DNA of 38,146 nucleotides from a virus (lineage: Duplodnaviria; Heunggongvirae; Uroviricota; Caudoviricetes), in the IMG/VR virus record IMGVR_UViG_2695420714_000020, one strand, 5' to 3'. Positions 9,071 to 17,682 of this stretch are shown one piece after another; position 1 is the stretch's first letter, and every line of letters begins with the position of its first letter. The position numbers and the translations under genes are program-made. The notes under the pieces were generated by a model that saw nothing but the letters and a program-made list of their open reading frames with translations, was not told where the DNA came from and did not search any database.

Positions 9071-9937
9071 ATGCAAAGAATTATTCCTGATAAAAATTGG
9101 TGGGAAAAAGAGCGTATTAATCGTAAAGCATCATCAATATGCCCATATGCTAGTTCATACAGATGTCCTCGATACTATCAGAGTGTAGTTTTGCTCTCAA
9201 GCATCAATGTGATAGCTGGTATGGCAACTAGGAAAGAAAAAGAGTTGGGTGAATTTTGGGAAAGAACCACTTTCTCATCTTTATGTGATGAAGAAGTCCC
9301 TACAGTTACTACAAAAGAATATGGCGGCCTTGCATCAGTTAGTAATTTTTGCCCAGAAATATCATTTAGATATTTACACTACTACGCCGATTATATGTGT
9401 AAATATGTTGATGAGATAGATCAGGACACTGGCAGGCGTATTGCGGAAAAAGATAATTTAGAAAATGATTGGAAATATACATGGATGTCAGTCAATCCTA
9501 AATTTTATTTAGATTGCGATGTTTTTGAAAGTGTCAAAAATTTCAATGAAGAATTGGCTAGTGATTACTTAAAAAGATTGCACCCAAATATCGTTCAGCA
9601 AATAGATAGAATGAATAATTGCTTGGATAATAATGATCCGGCAGGTGCACTGCACGCAGCCTCTAATATTTTAGAAACTATGGCTAAGGAAATCACTCAA
9701 AACCCGAATGTGGCAAATGAGTCATTGGGTGGTTTTTTTAAACAGTTCGAAAAAATGTCAAAATTACCTAAGAATCTTATTGATGCTGTTAAAGATATTT
9801 ATGATTTACGCAACAAATTACCTACTGCTGGACACGGAAGCTTGAACAAGCCTGAATTGACTATGGTAGAAGCTATAACTATTGCGGCAATGACAAAGGC
9901 GATTTTAGAAATTGAATATCGAAGCAAAGCCATCTAA
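9071..9937 (+). CDS. Orphan accessory protein, 288 aa, unknown function
   Basis: AT-rich ORF in the accessory region after about 430 bp of AT-rich non-coding DNA containing the palindrome GATAAATTTTTATC. No motif recognised; weak ribosome-binding site. Confidence 0.55.
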   Translation: MQRIIPDKNWWEKERINRKASSICPYASSYRCPRYYQSVVLLSSINVIAGMATRKEKELGEFWERTTFSSLCDEEVPTVTTKEYGGLASVSNFCPEISFRYLHYYADYMCKYVDEIDQDTGRRIAEKDNLENDWKYTWMSVNPKFYLDCDVFESVKNFNEELASDYLKRLHPNIVQQIDRMNNCLDNNDPAGALHAASNILETMAKEITQNPNVANESLGGFFKQFEKMSKLPKNLIDAVKDIYDLRNKLPTAGHGSLNKPELTMVEAITIAAMTKAILEIEYRSKAI

Positions 9938-10186
9938 CAAACCAAATTATGTGGTTCAAATTCCCGCTACACTTCTGTGTTGCCGCCAGCGTCTACTTAT
10001 CGCTGTGAGTTCAACGGGTGATGATGCGTTAGAGATCTCTGAATCGATTGAAGTCTAAGGTTGTCAGGGCTGTAACAGCAGCCCTGTGTCATGAATGGAT
10101 TGCATATTAATTGACGAAGAACAGACTAATATCATCGATAGCTGTTTTCAAAAATAGACCAATAACAAACTGAGATGTTATCGTAT

Positions 10187-10840
10187 TCATTTCGATGATT
10201 GATCCAGATGTGTATATAACCATTGAAAGAGTTTTCTAATTTTTGTGATAGTATCTTTTAAATAATTTAAGGAGATTATTATATTATTTTCATTGTTTAA
10301 TGAAAGAGTAGGTGTTTTATCAATGATATTTTTTAAGGCTACAGCTGTGCTCATTTTTTTAATGTCTCCATTAGCATGAACTATGCAATTCCTTACTTTG
10401 TTAAACTCTGTCATGAATTGCCACTCTTGTGACAGGCCAAAGTTTATATCCATTAATTTTGTTAAATATCTTTTTGCTTTGTGGATGCCATCACCATTAA
10501 AATCGGTTACTGATATATTGGTGTTTACAATCCTTTGACATATATTGCAATAGTCGTTTAGGTTGTGCTCTAAGCATGAGTATAAAGATACCAAAGCAGA
10601 TTTATTAAAAATATTTGGTTGTATGTTAACTAAGAAATCATATTGCTCTGAATAATAGTCTTCTAAGTAATTAATATAATCGTCAGGAGCATTCTTTTTT
10701 TCATCTTCATATGCTTTTTTTAATTCCGCTAAGTTAACTCTGTTTTGGCCGCCTGCTCCTAGGATATATTTTTCGAAATCATCAATCTGCGCTTCAAGTG
10801 AATATCTTGATAGCTGTGCGAAAAGTTTGTATTTACTCAT
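10187..10840 (-). CDS. Accessory protein, 217 aa, with candidate HEPN motif (RNCIVH)
   Basis: AT-rich ORF convergent with 9071..9937. Residues 150-155 RNCIVH match the R-x4-6-H HEPN signature in its common RNxxxH form. Confidence 0.55.
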   Translation of the reverse strand: MSKYKLFAQLSRYSLEAQIDDFEKYILGAGGQNRVNLAELKKAYEDEKKNAPDDYINYLEDYYSEQYDFLVNIQPNIFNKSALVSLYSCLEHNLNDYCNICQRIVNTNISVTDFNGDGIHKAKRYLTKLMDINFGLSQEWQFMTEFNKVRNCIVHANGDIKKMSTAVALKNIIDKTPTLSLNNENNIIISLNYLKDTITKIRKLFQWLYTHLDQSSK

Positions 10841-11183
10841 CGGTATGCCATTCCTTTTTAATTATAAACCTTTGGATTAAAAGGTGCTGAAAATAGTAAC
10901 TCATTATTTTTGTTTGTAAAGGGGGTATTGTTTTTACTAGATCAAGATAAAACAATGGGAATATCCGCTTTTCGCTCACAGCGGACTTTCATCTTTGTAA
11001 ACCCGTATGATTAGCTTTTCAGCGGTCATTCAGATACGGATTTACGCTTCCCTTGGCTGTGCATGACTATGACGCATGAGATCGCATGATCGTTAGAGGA
11101 TCGTTTTTGCTGAGGCCAGCCAGAACTGGCGTGCTTTTGCTTATGTCGTGCAGGTGCATGAAAACCACTACATAAAGCGGGCA

Positions 11184-11202
11184 GGCGTGGCGGGGATACG
11201 AT
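11184..11202. other. cos-like cohesive-end site (GGCGTGGCGGGGATACGAT followed by TGCGCGCT)
   Basis: Resembles, from memory, the 19-nt cohesive ends of P2 (GGCGAGGCGGGGAAAGCAC, then TGCGCGCT) and 186 (GGCGTGGCGGGGAAAGCAT). Lies in the region between A and Q where the P2 cos is found. Confidence 0.5.
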
Positions 11203-11229
11203 TGCGCGCTAGGTATAAGTGTGTAAAAT
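11202..11229 (+). promoter_or_regulatory. Candidate promoter for the ATPase-HNH operon (TTGCGC-N16-TAAAAT)
   Basis: Sigma70-like elements about 45 bp upstream of ATG 11271, which has a GAGAGGG ribosome-binding site. Confidence 0.35.
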
Positions 11230-11270
11230 AATTCCAAAATAAATCATCCTAATGAAGTGAGAGGGTAATA

Positions 11271-12920
11271 ATGTTAGTCAAGAAAAATAAAAATTATAGT
11301 TTATATTTTTTAATTACAAATAATCAACAGATATCTGATTCTGGTAATTATATAAAAATAGTCCCATCAAGAAGCGATTGGAATGATTTTGGATATTTGA
11401 GTAGAGTCGAAATATCTATTTTTAATAAAAAAGAGTGTAAGGATATAATTTCACTGAATGGTTATATTGGTTTTTTGAATTCAGAGGAGGAACGAAATGG
11501 AAAAGCAGAACTGATAAGGCGAGTGAAGAAAAAGGAAGAATCTAATTTAAAGGATGAGGGGTTTAATGATTATTTTGTCATGCTTCAGGATATGAATAAT
11601 TATCGAAGACTAGTAAGATTTTTTGGGGTGAATGAATCCAAATATATATTAAATTTCATTAATGATGTTGTTTCTAAGAAAAGTGACGCTAGTGCAGAGA
11701 ATTTGAGGAAAAAAGCAATCTCTTCTGATATCTTTAATAAATCTTTCATTAGAGAGTCTGAGTCGTATTTTACTTTCAAAAATGCAGGAACAGTTCTTTC
11801 CGGTATTCAATATGAGGAGTTGGGTAATTTATCACAGCACATCAAGATTAGCTATTCGAATAAAGTTAATGAAGAAGATGTATCTTATGTTTTTAATTTT
11901 GATCACGAGCATGATTTACCAAAAAGAATTTCCATAATTATAGGCGAGAATGGTGTAGGAAAAAGCCAAACGCTTAGAGAAATCGCATTGGCTGCGATTA
12001 AAGGAAAGGATAATTTGGTGGCTGTAGTTGATTCTAACGGTGTGAGCATTGAAGAACGAATTCAAATTAGTAGGCTCATTGCTTTTTCTCCAACAAATGA
12101 AAGTAAGTGTTCATTTCCAACCGATAAAAGAATAAAATCATTGATATGGTACAAAAGATTGACTTTAAATCGTGAATCAAAATCCAAATTAAACTTGAAT
12201 GATTTAATAGTGCAACTAGCGAGGAGTAACGACGCTATCGGCTATAATCAAAGGTGGAATATATTTGTTGATGCACTGAGTGTTCTAAATAGTAACAACG
12301 ATTTAGTAATCAAATGTAGCGGTGAAAATTCACCATTTGTTAAATTAAATGAGCTTAATTCTCGAGGCGAAGAATCCAGACTATCATTATATTCTGAAAT
12401 TATTCTCTCTGGCGAGCCTTTGAGGCTTGTTGAAAATAAATGTTACCCTTTGAGTAGTGGGGAAATATCGTTTATTAAGTTTTGTGTACAAGTCTGTTTG
12501 TATATTGAGAATGGGACTCTTCTATTAATAGATGAGCCAGAAACACATCTCCATCCTTCATTTATTAATAAATTTATGGCATTGCTTGATAATTTATTAG
12601 AAAAGACAGGCTCTTCAGCTATCATAGCAACGCATTCGGTTTATCTTGTTCGGGAGGTTTTTAAGGAGCAAGTGACAATACTCAGAAGACGAGATGATGG
12701 GGTAATTGTTAGCGAAAAACCGAGATTGAGTACTTTTGGGGCGAATATAGGAAATATCTCATATTTTGTTTTCGGTGAGAGTGAACCAACTCAAATTTTA
12801 AATAAAGTAAAAAATAATATAATTGCAAAGAATATGTCTTGGGATGATGTTGAATCTAAATATAGCGAGGACTTATCACTTAATGTATTAACTGCGTTGA
12901 GAAATGAAATAGGTAATTGA
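11271..12920 (+). CDS. ABC-type ATPase with ~215-aa N-terminal extension (candidate defense ATPase, PtuA-like)
   Basis: 549 aa. Walker A GENGVGKS (aa 225-232), ABC signature LSSGE (394-398), Walker B LLLIDEPE (417-424), H-loop ATHS (453-456). N-terminal 215 aa have no recognisable motif. AT-rich. Confidence 0.7.
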   Translation: MLVKKNKNYSLYFLITNNQQISDSGNYIKIVPSRSDWNDFGYLSRVEISIFNKKECKDIISLNGYIGFLNSEEERNGKAELIRRVKKKEESNLKDEGFNDYFVMLQDMNNYRRLVRFFGVNESKYILNFINDVVSKKSDASAENLRKKAISSDIFNKSFIRESESYFTFKNAGTVLSGIQYEELGNLSQHIKISYSNKVNEEDVSYVFNFDHEHDLPKRISIIIGENGVGKSQTLREIALAAIKGKDNLVAVVDSNGVSIEERIQISRLIAFSPTNESKCSFPTDKRIKSLIWYKRLTLNRESKSKLNLNDLIVQLARSNDAIGYNQRWNIFVDALSVLNSNNDLVIKCSGENSPFVKLNELNSRGEESRLSLYSEIILSGEPLRLVENKCYPLSSGEISFIKFCVQVCLYIENGTLLLIDEPETHLHPSFINKFMALLDNLLEKTGSSAIIATHSVYLVREVFKEQVTILRRRDDGVIVSEKPRLSTFGANIGNISYFVFGESEPTQILNKVKNNIIAKNMSWDDVESKYSEDLSLNVLTALRNEIGN

Positions 12921-12921
12921 A

Positions 12922-13785
12922 ATGAATAAATTAAAAAGACCTGTTTTTAAAGATTATTCTGCATTTAAAAAACTATCTGCAAATAAGAGATTAAAACATC
13001 ATTCTGTTCTGAATGGACAGGATACATTTATACTTAATGCATATAGATCGTACATAAAGAATAAAGGATATCTTAATGTCAATTCTTGTGGCGTATTGAG
13101 TAACAATATTGCTGAAGCTTTGAAATATTATTATAACAATCCCGCAAAGTGTTTATCTATAATTGATGATATAAGAGCAGCTAATTCTAACTCTCTATGT
13201 CCAATGTGTGGTTCAATGCATAGCGGGACTTTGGATCATGTTTTACCCAAGGAAAACTATCCAGAATTTTCTTTATTCACTAAGAATTTGGTTCCTGCTT
13301 GCAAATGTAATACTTTCAAAAGTACTACTATAGCTAATTCTGCAGGCCATCGGATGCTGCATCCATATTTTGATAATATATTAAAACAAAGATTAATATG
13401 TGCTAATTTTTCTAAATTAGGGCGAACACCTACAATTGATGTAAAAATCATAATTGACCCAATGTCACCAGAATATAACAATGTTAAGTATCATCTTGAT
13501 AATGTTGTTATCAAGAATAATATTAAGGGGTATTTGTCTGAACAATGGGAGTCGTTTTACTTATATCCTGAGCTTGTTATTAGAGGACTGAATAAGAGTC
13601 TTTCTACTTATAGCGATGTATATGAGTTGTTGACTCGCGAGTTGTTGCTGTTGGATGAAAAACATAAAGGTAAAAATAATTGGAATTCGGTTTTTGTAGC
13701 TGGGTTAATTCGACCTGATGTGATTAGGTGGATACTCTGTGAATTACATTTAGGTAACAGAAGTCCAGACGGTCGTCTCATATGA
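12922..13785 (+). CDS. HNH-motif nuclease (candidate effector, PtuB-like)
   Basis: 287 aa. CPMCGSMHSGTLDHVLPKENYPEFSLFTKNLVPACKCN (CxxC...DH...N...CxC, aa 93-130). ATG is 1 nt after the ATPase stop, so the two genes are coupled. Confidence 0.65.
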   Translation: MNKLKRPVFKDYSAFKKLSANKRLKHHSVLNGQDTFILNAYRSYIKNKGYLNVNSCGVLSNNIAEALKYYYNNPAKCLSIIDDIRAANSNSLCPMCGSMHSGTLDHVLPKENYPEFSLFTKNLVPACKCNTFKSTTIANSAGHRMLHPYFDNILKQRLICANFSKLGRTPTIDVKIIIDPMSPEYNNVKYHLDNVVIKNNIKGYLSEQWESFYLYPELVIRGLNKSLSTYSDVYELLTRELLLLDEKHKGKNNWNSVFVAGLIRPDVIRWILCELHLGNRSPDGRLI

Positions 13786-13795
13786 TTTTTTGCAT

Positions 13796-13821
13796 CTTCA
13801 GCGTGTATCTGCACGCTGAAG
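13796..13821. other. Perfect 10-bp inverted repeat CTTCAGCGTG-N6-CACGCTGAAG between the HNH gene and portal gene
   Basis: Perfect stem with 6-nt loop between convergent gene ends; no U-tract on either strand, so not a canonical intrinsic terminator. Confidence 0.4.
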
Positions 13822-13892
13822 AAATTCATAAAAACTGCTGGCTATTAATAACTTTTTTTAGTTGTGTTAAAGAACCTCATTTAGTTATTACG

Positions 13893-14927
13893 TTAAGTAG
13901 CTAGTTTATAACTATCAAATTTAACAATGTTCTCACTTACCAATTTATTTATTTCCATCATTCTTTTTTGTAACGGTATTAACTCGTTACGTACAAACAC
14001 CAGGCTCGCCTTCTCCACATCCCCAAACCCCCCGACATTATTAGGCATAATCCCCATCATTTGCGGTGGCACACGATGCGCCGCCATCATGTCATCCCGG
14101 CTCACGTTCTTGATGTTCAGAAACTCATCCTTCGCCGCGACTTCTGACAACGGGATGATCTGAAGCCCGTCCTTTTTGCCGTTAGGCGAGTACATAAACA
14201 GATTGCGGAAGTTACCTGGTCCTTTGGCGCTTTTCATCGCATTGCGGAGGTTGTTCACATCCTCCTGGTTTTGCGCGGCATCGGTCATGTACATGATGAA
14301 GCCTGCATGACTGCCGTTAATGTAATACTTTCGGCGGAACAGCGTGGCGGACTCGTTGAGCAGGGCTGACGGAATGGCAGAAAGGTAACCTGGCAGGCCG
14401 TAGATCTCCTGGTTGATGTCCGGTTCCATCAGATGAAAAATGCTGCCTTTCGTGAACTGATACGGCTGGGTTGTCATACCGTATTGCACAAACCAGTAGG
14501 TATCCAGGTCTAACCCGCGTCGGGTGTATTTTGCCAGAGCAGGCTCAAGAGCGATGACCTCTCCGAACCGGTTTGTGCGTTTCTCCAGGTAAGCGTTACC
14601 AAATACCAGATAATCCTGCACAAAACGTGAAAAAGCCTGCTGGCTGAGCAGCGGGTGAGGGATGTAGGTACTGGTCAGAATGTTGCACTTTACTGCAATC
14701 GGGGAGCTATGATGTACGGCAGCGCGGAAGGTTCGCGCCAGTCCGTCAAAACTCACTGGCGGCTCATACCAGCGATCTGTCTGTACGCATTCCACATAGT
14801 CCAGTAGTTCACGGCGGTCCAGAACCGGAACGGGATCGCCGAAGCTGAATGCTTCGGCTGAAGCCTGGTTTTTATGCTGGATCTGTTTCGTCGACGCAGC
14901 GCGGTTTTTCTTAATCTTTCCCATCAA
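13893..14927 (-). CDS. Q: Portal protein gpQ
   Basis: 344 aa, identical in length to P2 Q; start overlaps the terminase stop; leftward late operon. Confidence 0.9.
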   Translation of the reverse strand: MMGKIKKNRAASTKQIQHKNQASAEAFSFGDPVPVLDRRELLDYVECVQTDRWYEPPVSFDGLARTFRAAVHHSSPIAVKCNILTSTYIPHPLLSQQAFSRFVQDYLVFGNAYLEKRTNRFGEVIALEPALAKYTRRGLDLDTYWFVQYGMTTQPYQFTKGSIFHLMEPDINQEIYGLPGYLSAIPSALLNESATLFRRKYYINGSHAGFIMYMTDAAQNQEDVNNLRNAMKSAKGPGNFRNLFMYSPNGKKDGLQIIPLSEVAAKDEFLNIKNVSRDDMMAAHRVPPQMMGIMPNNVGGFGDVEKASLVFVRNELIPLQKRMMEINKLVSENIVKFDSYKLAT

Positions 14928-16690
14928 AAAATCTCCACAATATTGCTGGTATTGGCGGATTCGCCCTGCAGCGGTTCGTTAAACAATGCGTGCATCGTTG
15001 CCCAGGCCAGATCGGCGTGGCTGGCTTCTTCGCTGCGGCTGGCTTCATAGGTTGGGCGGTTGCCACTGGCGGTGGTGGCGCGACGGATTGCCATGAATGA
15101 CTGCGCAATGTCGGTGTGCCCGGCGTCAAACTCCAGACGGCGGTGGCTGATAATGTCGTAGGCCTTGAGTACCAGGGCGTTTTTAACGTTGGGGTTGTAG
15201 ACAAACTCCCGGACGGCAGGAAAGAACGCTTTCACGTTCTCATAAACCCCGTGACCAACGCCGGTCGAGTCGATACCGATGTATGTCACGTTGTACTGTT
15301 CAGTCAGTTTTTTGATGGCATCAGCCTGGGCGCGAAAGTCCATCCCGCGCCACTGGTGACGCTCAAGAATGCGGAACTTGCCGCCCGGCACGGCTGGCGG
15401 AGCCACCACCACGCATCCGGCACTGTCGCCGTTCTGCGTACCTTTTGCCGGGTCATAACCGATCCACACTTCGCGCCAGCCAAACGGGCGCAGGGCCAGT
15501 GCATGAAAATCGGTCCAGACTTCCCAGCTGTCCACCATACACGCCTGCAGTTCGCTGAGCGGGAACACGGACGCGAGATCGTCCACAAACTCGCACATCA
15601 GCAGGTTCTGGTATTCGTCCGGGCTGTACTCCATGCGCAACTGGTCAAGGTCGAACAGGTTACAGCCGCCGCGCACTGCATCTTCCACGGTGACTATCTG
15701 GCGGTACTGCCCGTCTGCGCACAGCAGGCCGGGGGCCAGATTGCTGTGGGACAGGTCGATGTCCACCTTATCGGCTTTATTGCGCCCACGGTTGAACAGC
15801 GCACCGGACCAGAACGGATAAGCACTGTGTGTCAGGCTGGATGGCGTGGAAAAATAGGTTTGTCGCCATTTTTTGTGGATAGCCATACCGGAAGCCACTT
15901 TGCGCAGCTCCTGGAATTTCGGTATCCAGAAATATTCATCCAGATACAGGTTGCCGTGGTAACTCTGGGCCGTGCGGGCATTGGTGCCGAGGAAGTAAAG
16001 CGTGGCTCCGTTAGGAAGCACCATCGGATCGCCTTTCAGCTCCACCTCGACTTCTTTGGCGAAGTCTATGATGTACTGCTTAAAGACGTGAGCCTGTGCC
16101 TTGCTGGCGGAAAGAAAAATCTGGTTACGTCCGGTAAGCAGAGCGTCAATCAGGGCTTCACGGGCAAAGTAAAAGGTCGCGCCGATCTGGCGTGACTTCA
16201 GCAGGTTGCGGATGCGGTTGGTTTTTCCGGCTTCCCACCAGTGGCGCTGGTAGTTAAACATGGAGGAATGGAAGATTTCTTCCAGCTTCTCAATCTGCTC
16301 ATCGGTGAAAACATTCTTTTCCGGCTGACGGCGCGGGCCTTTGTTGCGGTTGGCGACGTTAGGGTTTAAGTCGGCTTCGTTGCCGCCATTGTTAAACTTG
16401 CCGATCCGCGCGTGGCGCTCCGACTGGCGCGCCAGCAGGTCAATTTCTTTGAAATCTTTCCCTTCTTTGTGCTCCTTCATAATGAGCTGGCAGTAGCGTG
16501 CGGCGGTGGTGAGCTGCATCTGATCCAGCGGCCCATAGTCACCCCACTTGTCGCGTTTTTTCCAGCTGTGAACGGTTGCAACTTTCTCGCCCAGCATTTC
16601 AGCAATGCGGGCGACGCGGTATCCCTGAAAGTACAGCAGCATGGCCTGCCGACGGGGATCGAGATCTGCGGGTGTCAGTGTGGTGTTCAT
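14924..16690 (-). CDS. P: Terminase large subunit (ATPase) gpP
   Basis: 588 aa (P2 P is about 590 aa), upstream of the portal in the same operon. Confidence 0.9.
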   Translation of the reverse strand: MNTTLTPADLDPRRQAMLLYFQGYRVARIAEMLGEKVATVHSWKKRDKWGDYGPLDQMQLTTAARYCQLIMKEHKEGKDFKEIDLLARQSERHARIGKFNNGGNEADLNPNVANRNKGPRRQPEKNVFTDEQIEKLEEIFHSSMFNYQRHWWEAGKTNRIRNLLKSRQIGATFYFAREALIDALLTGRNQIFLSASKAQAHVFKQYIIDFAKEVEVELKGDPMVLPNGATLYFLGTNARTAQSYHGNLYLDEYFWIPKFQELRKVASGMAIHKKWRQTYFSTPSSLTHSAYPFWSGALFNRGRNKADKVDIDLSHSNLAPGLLCADGQYRQIVTVEDAVRGGCNLFDLDQLRMEYSPDEYQNLLMCEFVDDLASVFPLSELQACMVDSWEVWTDFHALALRPFGWREVWIGYDPAKGTQNGDSAGCVVVAPPAVPGGKFRILERHQWRGMDFRAQADAIKKLTEQYNVTYIGIDSTGVGHGVYENVKAFFPAVREFVYNPNVKNALVLKAYDIISHRRLEFDAGHTDIAQSFMAIRRATTASGNRPTYEASRSEEASHADLAWATMHALFNEPLQGESANTSNIVEIF

Positions 16691-16736
16691 GGCACAAACC
16701 TACAGCCTTGAATGACGGCTTTCCCCGCCTGCGGTT

Positions 16737-16754
16737 TGTGTGGTTGTCGGTACA
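16737..16754. promoter_or_regulatory. Late-promoter activator dyad TGT-N12-ACA (Ogr-type) in the P/O divergent region
   Basis: TGTGTGGTTGTCGGTACA lies between the divergent P,Q and O,N,M,L operons. Confidence 0.5.
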
Positions 16755-16832
16755 AATACCGCGCATTGTTTCACTGCCCCCATCACCGCAACCATAAGGC
16801 TCCAGTAAGTTTTTTCTAACGGAGCACGGCTC

Positions 16833-17666
16833 ATGACAGTGAAAGCAAAGCGTTTTCGCATCGGGGTGGAAGGTGCCACCACCGACGGACGCGAAATCCA
16901 GCGTGAATGGCTGGAACAGATGGCAGCCAGCTACAACCCGGCAATGTATACCGCGCTGATTAACCTTGAGCACATCAAGTCTTATCTGCCGGACAGCACC
17001 TTTAACCGCTACGGCAAGGTGACGGCGCTGTTTGCTGAAGAAATCACGGAAGGTCCGCTGGCAGGCAAGATGGCGCTGTATGCCGACGTTGAGCCAACAG
17101 AATCTCTGGTGGAGCTGGTGAAAAAAGGCCAGAAATTATTCACCTCTATGGAAGTCAGCCCGAAGTTTGCTGATACGGGCAAAGCCTACCTGGTTGGCCT
17201 GGCTGCCACTGATGATCCAGCCAGTCTGGGTACGGAAATGCTGACATTCAGCGCCTGTGCAGCCCATAACCCGCTGGCAAACCGCAAGCAGAATTCCGCC
17301 AATCTTTTTACCGCTGCAGAGGAAACGGTGATCGAACTGGAAGAAGTCCAGGATGACAAACCATCCCTGTTTGCCCGCGTCACGGCGCTGTTTACCAAAA
17401 AAGAGCAGTCCGATGACGCCCGGTTCTCTGATGTGCATAAGGCCGTGGAGCTGGTCGCCACTGAGCAGCAGAACCTGAGCGCACGCACCGAAAAATCCCT
17501 GTCTGAGCAGGAAGAACGCCTGTCTGAGCTGGAGACTGCCCTGCAGGCACAGCAAACCGCCTTTAACGAACTGGTGGACAAGCTGAGTCATGAAGACAGC
17601 CGCCAGGACTACCGCCAGCGTGCAACAGGCGGTAACGCCCCCGCTGACACTCTGACCAATTGCTGA
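16833..17666 (+). CDS. O: Capsid scaffolding protein gpO
   Basis: 277 aa; N-terminal FRIGVEGATTDGREI and C-terminal KATGG...NC parallel P2 O. Confidence 0.9.
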   Translation: MTVKAKRFRIGVEGATTDGREIQREWLEQMAASYNPAMYTALINLEHIKSYLPDSTFNRYGKVTALFAEEITEGPLAGKMALYADVEPTESLVELVKKGQKLFTSMEVSPKFADTGKAYLVGLAATDDPASLGTEMLTFSACAAHNPLANRKQNSANLFTAAEETVIELEEVQDDKPSLFARVTALFTKKEQSDDARFSDVHKAVELVATEQQNLSARTEKSLSEQEERLSELETALQAQQTAFNELVDKLSHEDSRQDYRQRATGGNAPADTLTNC

Positions 17667-17682
17667 TGGAGCATAAAACCCG

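Noticed and set aside
10060-10090. Hairpin CAGGGCTG-N6-CAGCCCTG between the convergent 288-aa and 217-aa genes as an intrinsic terminator
   Set aside because: The 8-bp stem is real but no U-tract follows on either strand; too weak to call a terminator.
15116-16195. 359-aa ORF on the plus strand antisense to the terminase large subunit gene
   Set aside because: Lies entirely within and opposite a well-supported gene; low-complexity Ala/Gly/Val/His-rich translation typical of spurious antisense ORFs in GC-rich coding DNA.
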